Part shown: piece by piece, positions 24,850-33,504 of the stretch | How positions within the stretch are numbered: position 1 is the first letter of the stretch | How the letters are laid out: the number at the start of each line of letters is the position of its first letter | NCBI RefSeq assembly: GCF_006345805.1 | Contig: NC_043008.1 | Span: 36,084,001 to 36,148,000, forward strand | Source of the DNA: Octopus sinensis | Taxonomy: Eukaryota | Direction of reading: 5' to 3' | Length of the DNA stretch: 64,000 bases | Notes under the pieces: generated by a model | Told to the model about the DNA's origin: nothing | The model's database searches: none | The model's input: only the letters and a program-made list of their open reading frames with translations | Position numbers and translations under genes: made by a program

Positions 24850-25189
24850 TATATAATAAATATTAGGGAATAAATCCAAATTTACAGGGAAAAATCAGAT
24901 TTAGGATTGAATCCAATTTTATAGTAGAATATTATATAATATTAATTAGAGACAAAACCACTATTATGCAAATCAAACAAAGAAAGACTTAATCCAATAT
25001 ATAAAAAATTTTATATAAATTAAATAAAATTAAATTAGCCACTACAATTGTTTCGTGTCTCTTCTAAGGACATTCATCAGGTGGTTTTCAGATCTTCTAT
25101 TCAATTTTAAGTTATATAAAATATTTTATGTATTGGATTAAGTCTTTCTTTGTTTGATTTGCATAATAGTGGTTTTGTCTCTAATTAAT

Positions 25190-25220
<31 letters not shown>

Positions 25221-25560
25221 TGTATATAAATAAATGGGGCAGGCAACAGGTTGCTTGGCTGCATACCGAAAAATTAGAAATAGCAGTCAAGACTGTTTAT
25301 TTCTATTATCTACAAGCCCCACTTGTAGATAATAGAAATAAACAGTCTTGACTGCTATTTCTAATTTTTCGGTATGCAGCCATGCAACCTGTTGCCTGCC
25401 CCATTTATTTATATACAATATATATACTGAACTTTACAGAAGTTTCTACCATTAATCGGCTATACTTACATACCAAATTCTACCAGTAAATAATTGTTGG
25501 TTTTTTTAAAAACCATTATAGAAATTATTTACTCTTATTATTATATTATATATATATATA
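24850..25560. mobile_element. Penelope-like composite: inverted repeat enclosing a hammerhead motif, (TA)n, then a 215-bp palindrome
   Basis: 81-bp arms 24938-25018 / 25112-25192; hammerhead 25039-25084; palindrome 25212-25426. Treating these as one element is inference. Confidence 0.6.
25039..25084 (-). ncRNA. Minimal type I hammerhead ribozyme motif, core intact
   Basis: CCAC-CTGATGA-A-TGTC-CTTAGAAGA-GACA-C-GAA-ACAATTGT-A-GTGG; stem I CCAC/GTGG, palindromic stem III, GUA cleavage triplet, A.C mismatch at 10.1/11.1. Confidence 0.75.
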
Positions 25561-26454
25561 TATCTGAAACAATGAGTAGAAATGGTTTTTGTTTGAGAGG
25601 ATTTTTATTTTAATTATAATAATAATGTTTACAGTGAGTTACTCTGATATGAGTTTCAAGCTTCAAGTAGCCGTTTTCAAACTGAAAAAGGCATGTTTTA
25701 CTGGTTGCTTAAATAGCAAAAGATTTTTTCTCACAAGTATACATACTTGGACAAATTCCTCAGGTAAGGAGGTGTTGCCTTATGTGTCACATCTGTCTCA
25801 CACTTATTTCTCGAACTTAATCTTGCTCATATCTAGAATTTTGTTATTGGATGCTGGATTTGCAAAGATGTATCTTCTTGTTGCTCTCATTGTTATTGTT
25901 AAGTAAGTCATTGAAAGTGTTCTCAACAAAACCACAAAATAGGATTTTGTTTTTGTTTCAAAATGTTTATGCAATGTTTTGCAATATTTTGGTCTCTTTT
26001 CCTTCCATTTCCTTTTGTTTTTGTATGATTTCTGTGCTTCTGAGAAAGCTTTTGTTTGGGCGTTTCTGGCTGACATTTTGTGTTGAATGTCAACGAAAAG
26101 GGGGAAAAAAATTGGTTTTTTCACACCCAAAAAATTTGGTGAAAAAGTAAAACAAAATGCTCATCTTCCCTTGAGACAAATCAAATAAATTCTAAAAAGA
26201 AAAAGAAAAGTAAAAAAAAAAAAAAGGCATCACATTTGGAAAAGAAATCATGAAGATATAATCTAGGAGTATAAAGATTAAGAAACACACCTTGTCACAG
26301 TAAGAAAAAAAATACATTTATGATTGATGACTAGGCTAATGTGAATAAAATAAAATTGATTTTATCTTTGTATTCTTTATCAATGTCTTAGTGGTGATAG
26401 CAGATATTCTTGAATCAATATTGGTAAACATCAATATACATTTATCACCATCAA

Positions 26455-27110
26455 CTTTTAATGTCCATTTTCCATGCTGGCATGGGTTGGATGGTTTGAA
26501 TGAGAACTGGTAAGCTGATTTGGCATGGTTTCTATAGCTCCACTCCAAGAGTGTAGTGGGCATATTTTATGTGCCACTGGTACATTTTTATGTGCCAGCT
26601 ATGAAACACCTGCATTGACCATGACTATGATTTCACTTGGCTTAACAGGCCTTCTCAATGATGGTATATTGCCAAAGGTCTCAGCCACTCATCACTGCCT
26701 CCATGAAACCCAACATTTGAAGGGTGCTTTTTACATGTCACCAACATGGGTGCCAGTTATGTGACATTGGCACCAGCCCCAACTATTTCACTTGTCTTGA
26801 CGGGTCTTCTCAAGCTCAGTATATTGCCCAATGTCCGAAGGGTGCTTTTTACATACCACCAGCATGAGTGCCAGTTACACAACACTTGGCTTGATGAGTC
26901 TTCTCACGCATGGTATATCACCAAAGGTATTGATCACTTGTTATTGTCTCTGTGAGGCCCAACGTTCAAAGATCATGCTTCATTACCTCATCCCATGTCT
27001 TCCTGGGTTTATCTTTTCCACAGGTTCCCTTCACAGTTAGAGACTGGTACTTCTTTACACAGTTGTCTTCATCCATATGTATCACGTGACAGCTTAGTCA
27101 TCTCTCTTGT
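26455..27110 (-). mobile_element. RTE LINE 3' end: ORF C-terminus plus 3'UTR
   Basis: HVIHMDEDNCVKKYQSLTVKGTCGKDKPRKTWDEVMKHDL*TLGLTE..EKTHQAK followed by the GTAAAAAGCACC-unit UTR and terminal core. Confidence 0.85.
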
Positions 27111-27695
27111 ACACTGTATATATATTAAACATCTAAATCTAAAAGAAGGAACTTATAAATAATGGACTCAAATTTTTGGCTCAAGGCAAGCAGTGTTTGG
27201 GGCAGTAGTATGTGTAGGAGAGTCAATTATATTGACCCCAGTACTTCACTGGTACTTATTTTATCAACCCCAGAAAAGTTACAGGCAAAGTCAACTTTAA
27301 TGGAATTTGAACTCAGAATGTAAAGACTAAGCATTTTGTCTTGTGTGTTAATGGTTCTGTCCACTCACCATCGTAACAAACTTACAATTAATACAAAGAA
27401 AATATCATTTTTACTTCACTTCTTAAACTAAATATATGCAACTTAGAAAGAATTGATTGAATTTTAATAAATGACCTCAAATAGTAGTTCAAATGTACAA
27501 AGTAATTTATTAAATAGGTGTAGGTCTAACTGTATGGTTTAGAAGTTTGCTTTCCAGCAACATGATTTTGAGTTCAGTTCCACTCTGTAGCATAATGGGC
27601 AAGTGTCTGCTGCGATAACACCAATACTAACCAAAACCTTGTCAGTGGATTTGGAAGACATAAACTGAAAGAAACCTGTCACATGTATGAGCATA

Positions 27696-29090
27696 CAAAG
27701 TGGTATTAAAAAGTTTCTGGACTAGTTCTATAGCGCACCAACAGATTGCAGCACATGGTTGCATGTGCTGTGAGAGCTAGCAGTGACCTTCATGAGGCAG
27801 TGTGCCAATTGACATTGCTGTGTTTACTTTGCTAGTTATGAAATTTTTGTTTTTGTAATCACATGTATGCTGTAGTCTGTGATTTTGTCATAGACAAGAA
27901 CAAAGAGCCAATATGAAATTTTGCATTAAACTTGGGAAGTCTGCCACAAAGTCATTGAGCATGTTTTGGCTAGCTTATGGTGATGTGGCAATGGGTTGTA
28001 CATTATGTTTCGAGTGGCATGGGTGCTTCAAAAGGGGATGAACATCCCTGGAAGACAATGAGCGATGTGGAAGACCTGCTATGAGCATCACCCCCAGAAA
28101 TGTGGAGAAAATTCATTAGGCACAGGAGTGGCTGTGTGGTAAGTAGCTTGCTTATCAACTACATGGTTCTGGGTTCAGTCCCACTGCATGGCAAGTGTCT
28201 TCTACTATAGCCTCAGGCCAACCAAAGCTTTTAGAGTGGATTTGTTAAACGGAAACTGAAAGAAGCCCGTCGTATATATGTATATATATATATGCATGTG
28301 TGTGTGTATGTTTGCATGTCTGTATTTGTGTCCCCAACATCGCTTGACAACTGATGATGGTGTGTTTACGTCCCCGTAACTTAGCGGTTCAATGAAAGAG
28401 ATATGTACTAGGCTTCCAAAGAATAAGTCCTGGGGTCAATTTGCTCTACTAAAGGCGGGCTCCAGCATGGCCACAGTCAAATGACTGAAACAAGTAAAAG
28501 AGTAAAAGAGAGTAAAGAGAGAGCTTCTGCATGAGGATTGTCGGAGGATGATCAATGACATTGCTGATGTTGCTCTGTCATATGTGTCCATGGAAGCAAT
28601 CCTAATGTCTGAGTTGAGCATGTGGTGTGTCTCTGCCAAGTTTGTCCCCTGCCTGATGACCACTGAGCTGAAAGAACATTGTGTCAAAGTCTATCACTGA
28701 CAACCCATCCTTCATGTCGAGGATCATTATCGGTGAGAAGAATTGGGTCTATGGGTATGACCCTGAGACAAAGCAGCAATTGTTACAATGGAAGAGGCCG
28801 TCATCTCCATGATTGAAGAAAGTATAAGAGAGCCACCGCTCAATCAAGAAGATGCTCATCATTTGTTTTCAACATCCATGGTATTGATCATCAAGAATTC
28901 ATCCCCCAGGGCCAGACCATCAATCAAGAGTTTTATTGCGATGATTTGAAGTGTTTGAAGGAGGACATCCTGCAAAAGGGACCAGATCTGTGGAACAGGA
29001 AGAATTGGATTCTTCACAATGACACTGCATCCTGTCACTGAGCTCTCCTCACTCATGAATTTCTCTCCAAAGACAACATGGTATTGCTGG
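27696..29090 (+). pseudogene. mariner transposon remnant (transposase pseudogene), interrupted by a SINE, 3' end lost
   Basis: TA|CAAAGTGG..AAAAAGTTTCTGGACT terminus; EQRANMKFCIKLGKSAT..LEDNERCGRP; SAKFVP; IIIGEKNWVYGYDPETKQQ; GQTINQEFY; WILHNDTASCH. Confidence 0.9.
28118..28510 (+). mobile_element. SINE family B nested in mariner
   Basis: Full-length copy splitting the mariner sequence at KIH|ELLHED. Confidence 0.9.
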
Positions 29091-29094
29091 CTAC

Positions 29095-29190
29095 TGATCT
29101 GCCTAGCCAGATCTGGTCGAACCATCCAACCCATGCCAGTATGGAAAGTGGACATTAAATGAGGATGATGATGATAATGATAATGATGAT
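29095..29190 (+). mobile_element. Short RTE 3' terminal fragment
   Basis: CCAACCCATGCCAGTATGGAAAGTGGACATTAAATG..(GAT)n. Confidence 0.75.
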
Positions 29191-29193
29191 ATA

Positions 29194-31081
29194 TGTTGTA
29201 TGGGGGAATCTGAACACCCCCTGTGATTGGCTAAGTGAACTATACTTATTAGTATAAATGAGCATGCACAGAACAGTCTGAGAAGAGTGTCATATGTACA
29301 GTCATAGTGTGCAGGTCGTAGGAATTATTGAATAAAGATATTGTTGAGTGCTTGTCGAAGACACACAGTTGGAGAGTAATAAGAGAACATTAGGAATGTT
29401 TAATATTATAACAGTTCAGATATAATAGTGATGACGAGAAGTTGTACATCATGTCATTGGCGAAGAGGATACTTCCCACAGTATAACGGTGTCATTATAA
29501 CAGTGGTAACGAGGTTACGAACACTCGTAGGAATGTCGAAATGGAAGAGATAAAAAGTAAAGCAGAAAAAGACGCATTTATTAACAAAGTGAAAAAAATA
29601 ATAATGAATGAGACAAATACAAAAAAATTATGTCACTGAGCATAACAGAGGTTTGAAATACTATTCGATGTGTGACAATGTGTTGATGTACTCTCAGAGG
29701 GTTGTGATACCTGTTGTACTACAAAATAGAATGCTAAGAGAATTTCATGCAGGACATCTTGGAAGTGCAAGGATGAAGGCCATCATGAAGAGTTATATTT
29801 ACTGGCCTAGTATGGATAAAGATATCGAGAACTGGTGAAAGCATGCAGGGGATGTTCTCTGGCAGCTAAGGCACCTCCAGTAAAGATTCACCTATGGTCA
29901 AATACAGATATACTATGGTCTAGACTACACATAGATTTTTCAGGACCACTAAATGGTGTATATTATCTGGTAGTGGTAGATAGCTACACAAAGTGGCCTG
30001 AAATTTGTAAGTGCAGAAAAGCAACTATGACAATAACTACTGAATTTTCGGCTGGAATATTTGCACATTTTGGTGTGTCGGACACTATAGTGTCAGATAA
30101 TGACATGCAATTTACAGCAAAAGAGTTCAAAGACTTTTGCAAGATCATCAAATGGAACATGTCACTACCCCACCATATCATCTGCGGTCAAATGAACTTG
30201 CAGAGAGATTCGTAGATACGTTTAAAAGAGTATTGAGGTAAACAAGAAATGAATCAGTAGTGGATAATACAGACAAAATTTTTATGCATCTATAGAATAA
30301 TGCCAAACTCCAACACAGAGTTGGGTATGTCACCCGCTGAATTAATATTTGCCAGAAAGATGTGATCAGTATTTGATAAATTGTTACCAGGAAGGAAACA
30401 ACAAATACAGAAGAATACTGTTAATAATACAAACTATTTTAATATAGGTGATGCAGTGTTATTTAAAATGTACAAATATGGAAAACAAAGTTGGGAACAA
30501 GGATGAATAACCAAATGTCTCGGTAGAGTAATATATATGATGAAAGGGCAGACATGTGGGCATAAGAGACATGTGAATCAAATAAAAAAGAGATACACAG
30601 AAGGATGAAAAAGGCAGGAAGAAACCTATGGAAGTACATTATGATATATTTGATATTCTGTCACTGCAGGAAAGGGTTGAACCAGTGCACAAATCAACTA
30701 GAAAGAGGAAGTGGACAGAGATGTTAGAGATTCATTCTAAACGAAAAAATATGCCAATTTCTCCACAAGGAAGTAATAAAAAATATATAAATAAAGGGAA
30801 AGCCAATCTTAAAGGTAGAAGATGTTGTATGGAGAATCTGTATACCCCCATGATTGGTTAAGTGAACTATATTTGTTAGTATAAATGAGCATGCGTAGAA
30901 CAGTCTGAGAAGAGTGTCATATGTGCAGTCATAGTGTACAGGTCGTAGGAATTATTGAATAGAGATATCATAGAGTGCTTGTTGAAGATACACTGTTGGT
31001 GAGCAATAAGAGAACATCAGGAACGTTTAATATTATAACAGTTCAGATATAACAGTGACAACGAGAAGTCATACATCATAT

Positions 31082-31083
<2 letters not shown>
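29194..31083 (+). mobile_element. Gypsy-type LTR retrotransposon, internally deleted (integrase only)
   Basis: TG..CA LTRs 29194-29456 and 30823-31083 (about 30 differences by hand count); PBS TGGCGAAGAGGAT at 29458; purine tract AAAGGTAGAAGA before the 3' LTR; ATATA on both flanks. Confidence 0.92.
29560..30600 (+). pseudogene. Gypsy integrase pseudogene
   Basis: HAGHLGSARMK..YWPSMDKDIENW*KACRGC (H2C2 zinc motif); WSRLHIDFSGP..LVVVDSYTKWPEI..DTIVSDN..QFTAKEFKDFC (rve core). Confidence 0.92.
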
Positions 31084-31115
<32 letters not shown>

Positions 31116-31639
31116 GCATGTATTTATAAATATCTGCCTCAATGATGATGGTGGTGATGATGACATAAGCTAGTGTTTCAAATTTGAAGTCCAGTTCACT
31201 TAATTGACTGTCATGGCCAGATCATCATCGTCTTCATCTTCCTCCTCATCATCATCATCGTTGTCATCGTCGTCATCGTCGCTGTCGTCGTCGTCATCAT
31301 CATCATCATCATCATCATCATCGTCACCACCATCATCATCACCACCATCATCATCATCATTATCAGTGACTAGTTTACATATTGCTGGAGTAGAAGTAGG
31401 AAACTACAGGGGGGTCATATTTTCCTCTGCCATCTCGAGTATTTTGCTGATATCCATCTGTTTTCTTGATTGTTGACAATTCTTTGACATAAATTCTTCA
31501 TCAAAATATGAATGTTTATTACTTCTGGAACATTATACAGATTGTTCTGCTCAGTGAAGACAAGAAATGCATCTAAACTATTGGAGGCTTCTCGCCACGT
31601 GTGTGTGTGTCTATGTGTGTGTATGTATATGTATATAAA

Positions 31640-31935
31640 TAGATAGTGGTTTTTCATATAACCAACAATTATTTACCGGTAAGATTCCGGTATGTAAATA
31701 TGACAAATTCATCATCAGGAACTTCTGGAAAGTTCAGTATATAGTGAAAATAATTAAAGGGCGGGCAGCAGGCTGCCTCGCCGCATACCGGAGGAATTAG
31801 AAATGGCAGTCAAAGACTGTTTTTTCCATTTTCTATAAGTGATCCACTTATAGAAAATGGAAAAAACAGTCTTTGACTGCCATTTCTAATTCCTCCGGTA
31901 TGCGGCGAGGCAGCCTGCTGCCCGCCCTTTAATTA
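31640..31935. repeat. Perfect 185-bp palindrome (91-bp arms, 31751-31935) plus adjoining segment
   Basis: Arms exactly complementary, loop ATC at 31842-31844; 31640-31745 is homologous to the reverse complement of 25427-25520. Confidence 0.95.
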
Positions 31936-32039
31936 TATAAATAAATAGATAGATGCACATGCATATATGTCTGTATTGCTGTGTATATATGTATTTGTGA
32001 ATGTGTGTGCATATGTATGTATAAAGTGAGTGAATAGAT

Positions 32040-32246
32040 ACACTTTTACTTGTTTTAGTCATTTGGCAGTGGCCATGCTGGAGCACCGCTTTAGTTGAGC
32101 AAAGCGACCCCAGGACTTATTCTTTGTAAGCCTAGTACTTATTCTATCAGTCTCTTTTGCTGAACCGCTAAGTAATGGGGACGTAAACACACCAGCATTG
32201 GTTGTCAAGCGATGTTGGGGGGACAAACACAAACACATAAACACAT

Positions 32247-32280
<34 letters not shown>

Positions 32281-32495
32281 ATATATATATACATATATAT
32301 ATATATATACATATATATATACATATATATATACATATATATATACAATATTCAGTCTACCAAATCCACTCACAAGGCATTGGTCGGCCCGAGGCTATAG
32401 TAGAAGACACTTGCCCAAGGTGCCACGCAGTGGGAATGAACCCGGAACCATGAGGTTGGTAAGCAAGCTACTTACCACACAGCCACTCCGGCGCC
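32040..32495 (-). mobile_element. SINE family B
   Basis: Full body, (TA/CA)n core and head ending CACAGCCACTCCGGCGCC. Confidence 0.9.
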
Positions 32496-33458
32496 TAGAT
32501 ATCAGTAAGTATGAAAGGGTAAAGGCAAATAAATCTCTATGTGAGATGAGAATCTTATTGACTATTAAAAGGACTCTTCCCGGAACAAGGATAAATGAAA
32601 CCAAGTTTCTAGAGTGGACAGAGAAACGAGTAGAAATAATGCTAGGAATGATAACAATGAGTCAGTTAAACAGTAGCAGACAGATAAAATAAAGATAAAA
32701 GATACTCCTTGACCATGTCTGGAGACAAAGAAATTAAAAGAGCCTAGCTAATAATAAAATAAAGTGACAGGATGTTAAGTTCTGATCTACATTCATACAT
32801 TTTTTGTTGCTCTTTACTCTGCCATTAATGAATTTGTCCACTTGTTTTGAAATTGATATTTTTATTTTTTTTATTTTTATTATGACAGACACTATACATA
32901 TTTTTTGGTTTTTCTAACTTATGTTGGCCTGAATTTATGAACAATTCTGTAATGAAAGAATGCTAATTATGCAATGGTATATTTAAGAGTGGAAATTGAA
33001 CATGATCCAGCAGTGCTTTAAAAGCAACCAACCTGATGAAGTGCCAGCTAACAGCTGTTGCTGCATCATATTTATTTATGTAATTACTTATAAAATAATT
33101 TTATGTAATGGTATGAGAATGAAAACTCAGCAACTTAGAGCTGAAATAAATGTTGTAATCTACAATTAAAGCCTGTTTGGAAGGGCATCCAGTTGTAAAA
33201 ATCATGCCAAAACTAACCTCACCTGTGCCAGCATCACGTAAAAAGCACTCGGTCATCTCTGTGGAGTGGTTGGTGTGGTTGGTGTTAGGAAGGGCATCTG
33301 GCCATAAAATCCCTGCCAAAACAGATATAGTAGCCTAGGGTAGTTTTTCTACTTTGCTGGCTCCTGTCATCTGTCCTACCCATGCATGCATGGAAGATGG
33401 ACATCATATATATATATATATGTGTGTGTGTGTATATGTATACGTATATATGTATATG

Positions 33459-33496
<38 letters not shown>

Positions 33497-33504
<8 letters not shown>

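Noticed and set aside
33030-33070. CTGATGA as a further hammerhead core (also minus-strand CTGATGA near 31705)
   Set aside because: No stem II followed by GAAA and no NUH/stem I pairing could be built.
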